A stretch of DNA of 61,331 nucleotides, counting the filler, from Bipalium vagum (lineage: Eukaryota): NCBI GenBank assembly GCA_037834085.1. It is 3 parts of 3 records of this genome, joined end to end, with 100 filler letters (N's around TTAATTAATTAA, not from the genome) between each part and the next. Parts side by side here need not be neighbours in the genome. Positions count along the whole stretch, not along the records: positions 1 to 15,797 come from JBBMKC010145368.1; positions 15,898 to 44,848 come from JBBMKC010041829.1; 1 more part is not named here. One strand, given 5' to 3'. A model generated the notes under the pieces. The model was not told where the DNA came from. It was given only the letters and a program-made list of their open reading frames with translations, and did no database searches. Position numbers and translations under genes: made by a program. This document shows, piece after piece, positions 9,209 to 21,059 of the stretch (positions are counted from its first letter, which is position 1; every line of letters begins with the position of its first letter).

Positions 9209-10990
9209 TAATTGGGTTCTTCGTGGTTTTCATAAAAACCAAAGCTTTATGATAAATTCTCAAAATGAATTGTTTTCCATATACAGTGATGGTAAAAAGT
9301 CTTGCATCACCCTAAAAATCTAGATACTGCGTGAAATGGAGAAAAAATTCATAAATTGATAACAGCTCTTTTCTGGTGACACAATATCCCAATTCATGGG
9401 TAGATAAGTGAGATAGAGGCATAAGCAATAACTGTTTCACTTTCATCTTCCTTCAGCTGACTCAAAACAGATTCAATCGCTCCAAAGCTTGCATCTGTAT
9501 CCAATATAAAAACACGATCTCTGCTTGGAAAACCCAGAATGATGCTTGACATAGTTTATCCTTCAGTGCTTGGAAACTATTCTGGCATTGTTCTGTCCAA
9601 TGAAGCTGTTTATCGGCACCTGATATAGCAGCATATAAGGGCGCTGCTACTTCGGCATAATGGGCAATAAAACGTCGGTAATAGTTTTTCAACCCAAAAA
9701 ATGATCTCAACTGAGACACGCAACCCGATGGTTTCGCTTTCACTATTTCTTCAATCTTCTTCTTGTTAGTTCTGACTCCATTGGCACTTTGTGTCCCAGA
9801 AAAGCCAACTCTCGTTGATGAAATTTGCACTTTGCTGGATTAACCTTCAATCCAGCCTTAGCAATCCGCTTCAAAACAACCTTCAAAATGATGTTGTGTT
9901 CTTTTTCTTCTGGACTGTATATTAGAATATCATCTAAATATATATATCATCTGAACAGCAAACCATCAAGCAATTCATGCATCAGTTTCTGAAAGGTAGC
10001 AGGCGTCATTGCCAGTCCGAAAGGCATCCGGTTGAAGCAAAATTGGCCTTGTTTGGTGCTAAATGCTGTAATTGATTTAGCATATCCGTCAATTCCATTT
10101 GGTATAGGCTTGGCCCAGATCTATTGACGAAAAATATTTTGAATCAGCCAAGCAATCCAGCAGTATTTGCATGTTTGGCATCCGGAACGTGTATTTTTCT
10201 GTTATGGCGTTTACACGTCTGAAATCCACGCAAATTCGGATAGATCCATCCATCTTCCCGACAACCACCATCGGGGAGTTCCATGCACTTTTACATTTGG
10301 AAATGACACCGGCAGCTAAAAGTTGAGTAATCATCTCATCAACTTTAGGTTCATATACATTGCTTGTCTTCGTGGTGCCTGTGCAATAGGTGGGCCGGTA
10401 ACGATTATGTCGTGTTTAACCAATCCGATGTGTCCAATATCAAATGAATGGGTCATGAATATTTTCCCATATCGTAGTAACATATTATGCAATAGTATAC
10501 TGGTTTGATTATTGACTTCCATCATTACTTGATTTCCCCTATCTATGTCAGATATTTTCTTAATCAAGTCTGATGACTCAATATTATTTACCACACACAG
10601 TTGAATGAAAATTCTTCATAATGTCGACACCTCCAAAAAGTCGGGCTGCAGCTTCTTCACAACAATAATATCAACTTCGATCTCCTTTCCCTTCCAAGAG
10701 ATATTTACTTTGAACGATCCAAGTGGTCCTTCTCCTCCAGACGAAAATACGTCACCCAACAATATTTTTCTTTCCACTAGACGTGGATTCTGAAGTTTGT
10801 TCCAACAATTTTCGTTCATCACAGTAACTGAAGCTCCGGAATCCCACAACATTTTGATCTTCATACCTCTTATCTTCATCCAACTCCACTGTCTACCATC
10901 CGCTGTCGCGAACATCTCAGCATCTGACACATTCCGATTTTGTGATGATCTTAATGATTCAACCCCACAGACGAAATGTTTGCAATGAGG
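9209..10990 (-). pseudogene. Gypsy pol: aspartic protease, reverse transcriptase, RNase H
   Basis: LWDSGAS; WNSPMVVV...IRICVDFRRVN; FSSIDL; NRMPFGL; YLDDILIYS; LRSFFGL.NYYRRFI; ILDTDAS; YCVTRKELL. Frameshifted. Confidence 0.95.
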
Positions 10991-11019
10991 TCGGCCTGGT
11001 TTTTTTCTTCATCTGATTC

Positions 11020-12095
11020 ATAAGCATCGTCTTGGTTTTGTGAATCATCTTCTTGGAATTCTCGGATTTGAATTCAATATCGGTCATGAATGGAAAAGGT
11101 GCCCATCTTTTCCACAAATCAGACATTTATTTTTCAGTTGACAATGCATTCGCACATGATCGTCACCACCGCAGCAAAAACATTGATTCGACCGTAGATA
11201 TTCATCTCGTGGTGCTGGAATACCTTTAAATCTGTTGTAAAATCGTCTGGCTATATGTTTGGTAGAGAATTGTGGAGCTTCTCGTTGCTCTGAATATGTT
11301 GGTCTATCTTCTCGTCTTTGTTGTCTTTTAAATCAGTCATCTCTTCGATATTCTTTCTGTGCTTCTTTAATTATTGAAGCAGATGTCAAATTTCTCCTTT
11401 GAGTAACTCGATTGTACACAGATGTATCAGCACGTTTCAGCACGTTTCAGCTGAAAATCTTTGGGAAAATTTTTTTGAACTGTTTCTGCAAAGCTTCTTT
11501 GTCTCACGACATTGACTTGAAATTCTTTCTTCTGATCCATTTTTGACTCCCGTGTTTTATATAGTTTGGCCATAGCTCTAATATCTTCGACTTTGACGTT
11601 CGGTTTCGAAACAAAAGCATCTCGAAGTTCAGCACTTCTAGCTCGTTTTGTTATAAATTCGGTAATGATCTCTTCCTGGGACAATCCAGAATTAAAGATG
11701 TCATTCATTAAATTCCGAATACGAATCTTAAAAGTTGCAAATCGTTCATCGGAATTTTGTCTAACTTCTGACAATTCGCAAATTAAATCGGTTATTGGTT
11801 TCTTCTCCATAAATGTGTCAGGAAACCACGACTTGGCTTCTTCTTTTGTTGTTGCTTCTGTCTTGAAATTCTTCCATAAGATTGAGGCTTCGTCGGATAA
11901 TAGCAAATCAGATACGCCGACAAGGCATAAGTCATTTATACTGAGCCATTCCTCAATATCTCAACCATCTGTCGGCTTCAGTAGAGCTTCTGTCGTTACA
12001 TCGTTTGATTTAAAATCCCAAAATTTCCTGTGCATTTTTGGTAACGCATCCATAACTAGTTTTTTTTTCATGCTTCTAGTTATAGCATGTACATT
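11020..12095 (-). pseudogene. Gypsy gag with two zinc knuckles
   Basis: ORF 11427-11906 (capsid-like, QNSDERFATF); CFCCGGDDHVRMHC and CLICGKDGHLFHD at ~11090-11185. Confidence 0.85.
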
Positions 12096-12100
12096 TTCGG

Positions 12101-12111
12101 TGTGGTCACCA
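12101..12111 (-). promoter_or_regulatory. Primer binding site (TGGTGACC..., tRNA-Trp-like)
   Basis: Directly follows, and overlaps by one base, the 5' LTR end ...ACTAACT. The first 8 nt complement the usual eukaryotic tRNA-Trp 3' end (GGTCACCA). Confidence 0.65.
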
Positions 12112-12199
12112 GTTAGTACTTCTTTACTACACATTGAAAAGACGTCAGAGTTATAAAAAGTATTTATTCAAACAAAACATAATTACGTAACACGTAACT
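12111..12199 (-). repeat. Gypsy 5' LTR (89 bp, AGTTA...TAACT)
   Basis: Bounded by the TCTTG duplication and the PBS; contains AATAAA; matches 1365-1429. Confidence 0.88.
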
Positions 12200-12690
12200 T
12201 CTTGAATAAACAAACTATTATTTTTATAAAATTAAACTCAGCTTCTCTAAAAGCTATAAAAATATAAATTGGTTTATTTGGGATATGTTATAATTGTAGA
12301 GTTTGAGTTGTTTCTTCAGTAAGATTTCTTTCCTTACAATGTCTCGATAAAAAGTTTATGTTGATTGATTTTCCACCATCTATTCTTGATAATAATTTTA
12401 ATTCAGGAATTAATAGTTTTAAATCAATTAATTTTATTTTTGCACCTCCCTTTGTTCCTAAAAATATTTCTTTATCGATATCATTTCTTCGAGTAAATGT
12501 TAATTCTCCTCGCATATTATAAATAACTTTAACATAAAATTGTAAAATTCCAATTATTTTAATGGAAAGTCACAAGTAAATTTATTATTTGAATAATTGT
12601 TTTCTTTTCTTATATACTTTATTGTCCTTAGTTTCATCTTCTTTAATTTTATCTGGAATCCAACCAAATGTTTATCAATCATTATAAAAT
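12200..12690 (-). pseudogene. Polinton major capsid protein (double jelly roll), central part
   Basis: GWIPD...KFTCDFPLK...YVKVIYNMRGELTFTRRND...IKLIDLKLLIPELKL...ININFLSRHC...KPIYIFIAF...NNSLFIQ. Confidence 0.8.
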
Positions 12691-12699
12691 TTGTAATTG

Positions 12700-13262
12700 A
12701 ATTACTTCATCAAAATTAAATTCAACCCACTGTTTAAAAAATTCTTAAGAGCATCCTAAATATTTTATTAAACTTTCTGAATTACCTTCTTTTAAATTTC
12801 CTGATATGCTATGATAAACTTTATTTTTAAATCAAACATCGGGATTATTTTGATAATGATTTTTGTACCAATCATTAATTTATCTCTATTTTCATTTTGA
12901 TAATTACTTTGATATTCTAATCTTTCTTCTCTGTGATTTTGATAATAAATTGGATTTCTTTTATTATTATATTCTCTCTCACATTCTTTACATAAACTGT
13001 TGTAAGTATAATAATCTCGTTTTATTCTATATCTAAAATCTGTTATTGGCTTATTTATTTTACATTTTGTACAAACTTTATTATCTGATGATGACATTTT
13101 TCTAATATTACTTATTCTTTTTTTCTAAATAAGAAATTTCTCTAATTTTATTTTCTTCACTTTCACAATATTTACACGAATGAGAATAATATTGATTACG
13201 AATTATTTTAAAATTTTCTGAGTTTTATATTTTCACAATTTTCATATTTTCTAAATTCCATT
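12700..13262 (-). pseudogene. Zn-ribbon (CxxC...CxxC) protein related to giant-virus/phage HNH endonuclease-VII-like nucleases, nuclease core deleted
   Basis: KVCTKCKINKPITDF...SLCKECEREY...YYQNHREER; downstream KYLGCS*EFFKQWVEFNFD; a second degraded ribbon (ENCENIK...SCKYCE) at 13150-13262. Confidence 0.6.
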
Positions 13263-13289
13263 TTTAATAAAAACAATAATTATTTTACA

Positions 13290-13610
13290 AGCTATATATA
13301 TTTTATAACTTTAAAAATACTAGCAGACGTAAATTGTAAATCACCAATAACTTTTGATAAAAAGAATCCCGGATATTTTTCTTCAAGATTTTTTAATTTT
13401 TCATTGGTCGTTGTTTGAAATTTTGTTGTTTTTTTATTGATCTCGTTGTTGTCGTTGTTACTATTCGTACTTTTTAGTCGTTGTTTTTTCGTTGAAGTCG
13501 TTCTATTTTTCGTTGAATATTTTTTTCATGTTTTATTGTAACTTCATGATCACTTTTATTTTTTTTAGAAATATTTTTTTCACAAAATTCACAATACCAT
13601 TTTTCTACCC
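13290..13610 (-). pseudogene. C2H2-finger ORF paralogous to the first ORF of the inner Polinton
   Basis: VEKWYCEFCEKNISKKNKSDHEVTIKHEKN...KYPG versus inner KWYCEISYKSVSKKNKSH...KYPG; nucleotide similarity is visible (ATGGTATTGTGAA). Confidence 0.7.
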
Positions 13611-14979
13611 TTTTTTAAAAATAAAAATTTTATATTTTCATATTTTTCGTCAGTTTTCAAATTTTTAATTTTTCACAATTTCCAGTAATTTTCAATTTTT
13701 CACAGTTTTCAGCAATTTTGAAATATTTCTATTTTTCCAATTTCGTCAATTTTCAGATTTTTCAGTTTGTGCAATTTTTCAATTTTTTTGGTTTGACAAA
13801 AATTGGGTAATTTTTTAAGAAAAAAACAATAAGATTTTCATTAATATTATTTCTTTTTTGTAATTTATATGTAGTTAGGCAAACTAGACTTTGAGAAAAA
13901 ATCCCCGATCTAATTATTTGCACAAAATAACATTTAGTATTTTTTAGTTCTTTTCATTTACTTTTTAGTACTTTTATACTTTTGCTTTGCCACAAGATAT
14001 TTCGTGAAATTGTGAAATTTGCACTAAATATCATTAGCATGTTTTAGTAGTTTTGAGTGCTTTGTTTTGCACTTTTTTTACTGTTGCCAACAAAATATTT
14101 TGGGGTCTGTCCTCAAAGTCTGGTTTATATAACTAATCCTGCCTGAAAAAAATCATCTGGAAAATTTTTCCGGGACCATAAAAAATTATTTTGCAAGTCC
14201 TAATGAAAGTCATCACAACCAAGGCATCAAATAACTAGGAAACATTTGACTAAATACGTTGAACTAAGTTTAGTAGAAAATTAATGTGATTTTCGAACAA
14301 TAAAAGTTTTTTATTCTTCATTTTCCAAATTTTTCAAACTAACCTTTATTTTTTTAGAATAATTTATTTTATTTATCTTATGAACTTAAATTTCTAGAAA
14401 ACTATCAAATGAGTGTCCCTTTGGAAATTCAGCTTTAGCTCCTTTTTCATTTTCATTAAAAAATTCATTGAAAATTCGGTCTTGAAATAAATCTAATAAT
14501 ATTTCTTCTGTTAAAGGGGTTAATGTTTACCATATTTTAACTTACCTTGTTTTTTATATTATTTCATTATATTTTTGATTCAGTACTTGAAATATAATTT
14601 TATAATTATTTTTTTATTAATAATAAATATTGACATAAAGATAAAGAAATAAATTAGAGCTAATTCATCATTCAGATTCTCATTTAATAATAAAAGCTTT
14701 TATAATTTTAAATTTATATCAGATTAGTGTAGTAGAAATTTCTTATTTTCTTTTGTATATTTTAAATTAATTGGTTTAAATGAAGAAAAAGGTATTGGAT
14801 TAATTTTACGAGTTTGAATTAAAATAAATAATAAAAAAACTATGTAAAAAGGATAAGCAGAAACACCGACAGTAGTGATAAAATGAATTTTAAAAAGTCG
14901 AAGTAGTGGCAAAATGAGTAAGCACAAAGAAAATTCAAATAAAAACTTTGAAAAATCTTAAACGAAATCTCGTTTATTC

Positions 14980-15480
14980 AAATATTAGGTATACAAATTA
15001 GTTAGATCCATTTTCAAAAGATGGCTCTCGCTATAATAAAACTTTAATAATTACAGCTTAATTCAATTTATTCATAGAAATTAAATTAAATCTGTGAATA
15101 ATCTTCAGTTAAATTTTTTAGATTTGCTTACAAAACAACATTGTTTTACTCAATTATGACAACTTTTCCAATACGATCAAAGACATGAAAAAATAATTTT
15201 TATGCATGATAACATGTCTCTAAAGTGGTAAGAAATTATTTGGAAACGATCACATTGGTTGTTTTACGGTACCTGCCGAATTCGCCGGACATTGGTCCTC
15301 CAGATTACTGGTTATTCCGATAGATGCATCAAAGAAATTGACCAATGGTTCATTACTCAGATCAACTCAAAAGACTAGAAAATTTTTCAAGGTAGTTGAT
15401 AGCGATGAGCATTACTTTGATAATTTGTTTATTCATGTTGTTGTAAAATAAATATACATTTTTTAATACATTTTGACTTG
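14980..15480 (+). mobile_element. Degraded mariner transposase 3' fragment
   Basis: FMHDN...; LPNSPDIGPPDYWLFR (YSPDLAPxD motif). Boundaries approximate. Confidence 0.65.
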
Positions 15481-15797
15481 AAAAAAGGAACCAAACTAAT
15501 TTTTACATCCAATATGTAGCATTTATTCACTTGATATATTGCATACATCTTAAATAATCGCATTTCTTTAACAAGTTTTAAAGAATATATATTGTATAAT
15601 GCGATATTCTCTATTACAGGGTGCGCCAAAAGTTACTTCATGCCTAAAAATGATCATAACTTTTTGTAATTTAAATAATTTTCAAATTTTATTTTTTGGA
15701 TAAATTTATATGAACAATGTAAAAATATATATTGGAAGAAAGAATCAAGATATTGATATTTTATTTGGAAAATCAGAGAAGCATTTATAAGACTCAA

Positions 15798-15897
15798 NNN
15801 NNNNNNNNNNNNNNNNNNNNNNNNNNNNNNNNNNNNNNNNNTTAATTAATTAANNNNNNNNNNNNNNNNNNNNNNNNNNNNNNNNNNNNNNNNNNNN
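15798..15897. other. Artificial 100-bp scaffold spacer (N44-TTAATTAATTAA-N44)
   Basis: Six-frame stop linker inside Ns; identical construct at 44849-44948. Confidence 0.95.
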
Positions 15898-15964
<67 letters not shown>

Positions 15965-15971
15965 GTTATTA
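15898..15971. repeat. (ATT)n microsatellite at a contig end
   Basis: Direct reading. Confidence 0.95.
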
Positions 15972-18900
15972 TAAAATTGATTCGGTAACTATTTTGTTAA
16001 TAAAATATATGAATTTATATGAATAAGTTATTTCGTAAGAAATGTTTTAATTAATAAATTTTTTTCTGAGGTTATGTAAAATGAAAAATTTTTAATTACA
16101 CTAAAATTATAAAATAAAATTGAAACGACATTTTTATGTTTACCTTTACCATTATCAATTTTGTAATTATCCGAGTTGGGAAAATAATACCCAGATTATT
16201 TTCAATGAAGAATTGGGATTTTTAATACTCTTTTACTGTAATCTTATCTTTATGGACACTTACTCATACTCATTTATCTGTATCAACTGACAGATATCTC
16301 TTATCAAAACTATGGACAACATATTTGTTTTTTTATCGCAACTTTCAAAACAAAGTTATATTATTTTTATATGGCGAAATGGATATCACAAATGTCAGAA
16401 TGTATAAAATGTTGACAAAGTTTTCCAGTTGGCTTTTGTTGATGCTGGAGATGTCACATTTCATTTGTGAACTATATAATAGAATATATATAATCATGGG
16501 AAAGTTTTTATTGAAAATTTTTATTTATTGACAATGTCAGTTACTTGGGTTTGTTGGGAGAATAAATAAAAGTAAATTACGTTACTCTGTTCCAGCATTA
16601 TCATGGGAATTCTTTGAGAGGGATTATTGGAAAATTTAGAGCTCAGGCTGTCAGAAAATTATAAATCTTAAGCTACACCGAGTTAAGATAATTTGATTGT
16701 TATAGGGTTTTCTTTTATTTAGTAATGTTGTCAGCAGTAAAAGACCTTGTTCCAAAACATACCGACATAGTTGGCTTTATCTATAAGGAGATTAATAAAG
16801 TTGAACATCAATCTAGAGGAAAATATGTCACTTTCAATATTCTTTTTTAGAGTTTGATATTGACATTTGTTTTCCTAAGAACAAATTTCTATAATATTAT
16901 GGTGTCATAAAAAATGATCGTTTTTGATATATCCACATAATAGCTAATAACTTGTTGTAACCAGGATTAATTAACTATTGATTTAGTTTATGAAAATTTA
17001 CATTTCTTGGTTAATAAAATAGTAAATTAACTTTATAGAGATTTGTTTTAATATTCATTTTAGCGCTGAATTAAAATGATACTTAAAAAATACTTAAATA
17101 TCTCATTTTCCGATTTGTTACTTCCGTAATATCATGTGTTCGGTACTATTTGTTTACAAACCATTTACGAAATAACAAGGATCGAAATCTTAATATGATT
17201 TCTAGATTTATTTTTATTAAATTTAATTAAATTATTCAATTTTCTAAAAGTTTATTGAAATAAAATCTAAAAATTAAATTAAATTTATTAAAAGTATTTT
17301 TCCGTTTTATAAACAAACTTCTTCGCTAATGTGAATCATAAATTAAGAAAATCTAAGGATCAGTTGAATTTTATCTTTCAGTTATTATTTATTTTTTATT
17401 TATATTTGTTGATTATATCACCACTTAAATATATTTTTAAAAGAATAAAATTTCATTAAAGCTGATTGATAAATTAAAATAAGGGTTTGCATTTAATTAA
17501 AGCTGAATGTTCTAAATCAAATAGGACCATAGACAAAAATATATTCAGTATTTTTCTGTTCAGCGGTTTTCTCAACGTAAGGGAGAAACAATTGAAATGA
17601 GAAATTCTGATGAAAGCTCCATCATTTAATATTTGGTAATGAAAATATTATTGGGATTATTGCAAAGTGACATTTCGAAAGACTGAATAAATATTGTTTC
17701 ATAAACTACTTTATTTATTGTCAAAGGAGTAATAGTTTATATTCCTGTATATTTATGTTATTTACTTATGTTATGTGTAACCTATTACTAAGTATCGAAT
17801 ATGATTGTATTATCTACATTTTCTGATTCCCTATCCGAATTCAATGTGTGAAATGGTCGGAAAATAGATCAAATAACTGAAATTACCAATGGAATTTTAT
17901 CAATTTTTCTCTTGTAATAATTATTAATTATAATTATTTTATATTATAAATATACTTATTTTTATTATTAAATAATAATAATAAATGTTAGACACCGAGA
18001 TTAATAAAAATTGGATAAATAATAATTGATTAATAATAAATTGAATCTATTTCAATAAAATTACATTTTTTTAACAAAAATAGACAATTTTTAGCACCAA
18101 TCATACATTTCTTTTATTATTGATTACTATTAATTAATATATTTTCATATAATAATATTATTAGTTTATCAATCAATATTTTAATTGTCGTTTTGATTAA
18201 TGAATAAGCTATATTTATGCTTCATAAACAAAATAAGTGATTCCGTATTTTTAAAATATCATTAATTTTCATTGTATTTTGACTCGTTTCACTCTTCTAC
18301 AAATTCTCCGTGAAAAATCTGAATTCTAACTTTGTAGAGCTATTTAACATTCGCAAAAGATCTGGTGGGTTATTCAACGTTATGTCAATAAAAGTGATAT
18401 TTAGAAATTATCGATTATGTACAATAATATAAAATGTAATTTATTATAAATTACAATCAATAAAATATTTCATTGAACAGTTATTTTTATTATTTAGTCA
18501 ATAATTTTAAATAAAAAAAATTATAAATTTATTAAAATAAAAATTTAGGACTCTCTTTAATTTTTTTTCATATTGAAATTGTTTTAAAAATATTCTATTT
18601 TTATATTAATTTATTTATTTTCTTTGAAAAATCAATTTAATAATCATAATCTAATGAAAATATTTTTAGATTATAATAAAATTGATAGTTTATTTTATTT
18701 TATTGTTTTTTTTTCAAGTAATTAAGTTTAATTAATAATAAAAATGTGTAAACAAATTATGAAAGACAGTATTTTTTATTTTTAAATTAATAATAATTAA
18801 TAATAATTTAGTAATTAGTTGGAAAGGTTTTGATAATATATTATAATCTATGGATATATTCTTTGAAAAATGTTTCAGCCCACATTTCAGGTTTTATATT

Positions 18901-20987
18901 TAATTTTTTTTATTATTTAATTTACTAACTAAAAAGATATTCTTTTATTATTAATTAATAATTCTCAAAGTTTACTTTTCTGTCATGGAATCGAATGAAA
19001 TTTAAAAAATGGATAGAGTATTCTAAGAATCTCGTACTAAAATGTTTATCATAGATTCATAACAGATTCATGAAGACGAAATGAGTCTTAATTCTGGACC
19101 CTTTCATGATAAATATTTGAGGCATCTAATTTGTCGTTCTTCAATTGTGAAAATATTAAATTTAAAGAAAAAGTCTTAAAGTGAAAATAATAGTTGGACA
19201 TGTTTTTAGATTGTTTTTAAATCGTCTAAGAAAATGTTCTGAGAAATGTCTGATTTTTAGAATTAAATTTAATAATTAACTAATTTTAAAGAATTTCACA
19301 CTGTTTCAGATCACTTTTGTTTGCATAGCGTAACTCAAATATTTTGTTAAGAGATGTAGAAATATAAGAATTATGTCATGTTTTGCTAATACATTGATGA
19401 TCTGATCAATTCGGAATATAATATATAAAGATAGGTTAATATGAGTTTTGAAATTGTTGGTTTTATTATTTATTCGTATGAATATTGATTGGATTAAGAA
19501 AATCAAATAATCCCTTTTTTATCTTCCTAGCTTCCCTAGCTGGACTTGAGCAGCTTCCGCCGTTTTCATAACCTAATCATTTTCACACGGAAAAAATTTA
19601 GAACAATATATTATCATTGTAAAATATTAATCAACTTTGAATCATGTCGTTCTCTTTGTCTTAATGTCACACCGGAAATAGAAATAGAAATAGAATTCTT
19701 CTTGATTTCTGATTTCCTGTACTGGTATCAAAATAGGCCTAACTCTATTTTTATGTGAACTGTTGATTTAAACTTTGACCTGAATTTCCGTCATGTTTAA
19801 GGACAGAAAAGTATCACATTACGATCCTTTGATTGTTACTCTGTCCTCAGTTGACTCTTTTTTGTATCTTGTCCAAATTCGTCGTTATGAAATCAGGAAA
19901 TATCCTTTAGTATTGGAGTTTTGAAAATTTAATAAAATCTAAGACATTTTAGAAATTATTAAATTGCTAAAATATGGAAAAAATAAAGACTTATTCTTTA
20001 ATATTAATATTCTTGTTAACTTTCATATTTCAATTATTGATTAACGCAATTATTTTTAACTAATCTTTTTATTTAATTCTATTTAATGAGGATTTATTGA
20101 AATTAATCATTTTTCCAATTAGCAGTGCTTGACCCCAGCCAGTCTTAGAATTAGAGCAGAGTACTCCAAATTATACTGTTAAGAGAAAAAGGCATGGTTT
20201 GAGTCAATGAATCCATGGAAAAATATTTAGTTCTGTAATTGGAAAAATCTGTTATCGAATATGCAGAGTTGTGTTGTCCTCTGTTGTAGAACCGGAATTT
20301 AAAAAAATGATGGATTATCATTGGTCATGAAGGACCATTAGGCAAAAGAATTAGGGAATATTTTCTACTAGTTTTAGAAATAAACAGTTTTTGTACTAAT
20401 GATTTTACCATAACAATTCTGAAGTAATGAAAAAAATACATATATATATATTAGTTAAATATTATAAATATTTGTGAAAGAAAAACAAATAAAAATATGT
20501 TTAAAATATTTATTTTAAGATATTTAGCATCGTTGGACAGACTAGAATACTTTCTTTATTTACATTATGGACATGGTGCCTATTTTTATATTGTTTTAGA
20601 AATGAAAAAAATAAACTCAGACAAAATCAATAATAAAAGTCGATAAATCGTAGGAAGAGTTGAATTTTGAAAAGCCAAGTTATTTAGATCTACAAAAATC
20701 GATATTCCATTACTTGTATACGTATATTTTATTTTAAAAACTAATGTAGAATCAGGATTATTTTAACTTTTTATTCTGTGGTAATTTTTGTTGTTGAAAA
20801 TCTGTACGTAATCTAAAAATAATAAAATAACTTTGTTTTAATTATTAATTTTTTTTAATATCAATTGTATTGTAATTACCAATCGTTTGAAATTTGTTTA
20901 TAATGATCAATTTTGGCGTGTAAAAGTTTTGAAGTTTCTAATCATATATAAACTATAAGTATACTTATTGTTAGTTAAAAATTAATC

Positions 20988-21059
20988 AGAGATACCGGGA
21001 TTCGGACCTGGGATATTTTACATTCGAATAAACTGCTCTGACCGCTGAGCTACATCCCC
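20988..21059 (-). pseudogene. tRNA-Ala-like pseudogene or tRNA-derived SINE head
   Basis: GGGGATGTAGCTCAGCGGTCAGAGC...TTCGAATGT...CCCAGGTCCGAATCCCGGTATCTCT. A box recognisable; B box, anticodon arm and acceptor stem mutated. Confidence 0.75.

Larger units (their letters stand above)
1365..12199 (-). mobile_element. Ty3/Gypsy LTR retrotransposon, degraded, containing the inner Polinton
   Basis: 5-bp duplication TCTTG at 1360-1364 and 12200-12204; direct repeats at 12111-12199 and 1365-1429; PBS; gag-PR-RT-RNaseH-IN order on the minus strand. Confidence 0.93.
1..14137 (-). mobile_element. Outer Polinton/Maverick (adintovirus-like endogenous virus), degraded and internally deleted; continues off the left edge; interrupted by the Gypsy element at 1365-12199
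   Basis: Minus-strand remnants of pPolB (1-935), major capsid protein (980-1364 plus 12200-12690), Zn-ribbon/HNH-like ORF (12700-13262) and a C2H2 ORF (~13200-13610) paralogous to the first ORF of the inner Polinton. A candidate terminus near 14137 (minus strand ATTAGTTATATAAACCAGACTTTGAG) resembles the inner TIR. The right boundary is approximate. Confidence 0.8.

Noticed and set aside
11566-12156. 196-aa plus-strand ORF
   Set aside because: Antisense shadow of Gypsy gag.
15842-15853. TTAATTAATTAA palindrome inside N runs (also 44893-44904)
   Set aside because: Six-frame stop linker added during scaffolding; not biological.
16140-16900. Possible decayed DNA-transposon coding sequence (also 20190-20400 and 42030-42560)
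   Set aside because: Too degraded to show a diagnostic motif by eye.
20120-20160. GACCCCAGCCAG (DPSQ) as a candidate upstream RSK exon
   Set aside because: Followed at once by stops, with no FELLKVLGQGSFGK.
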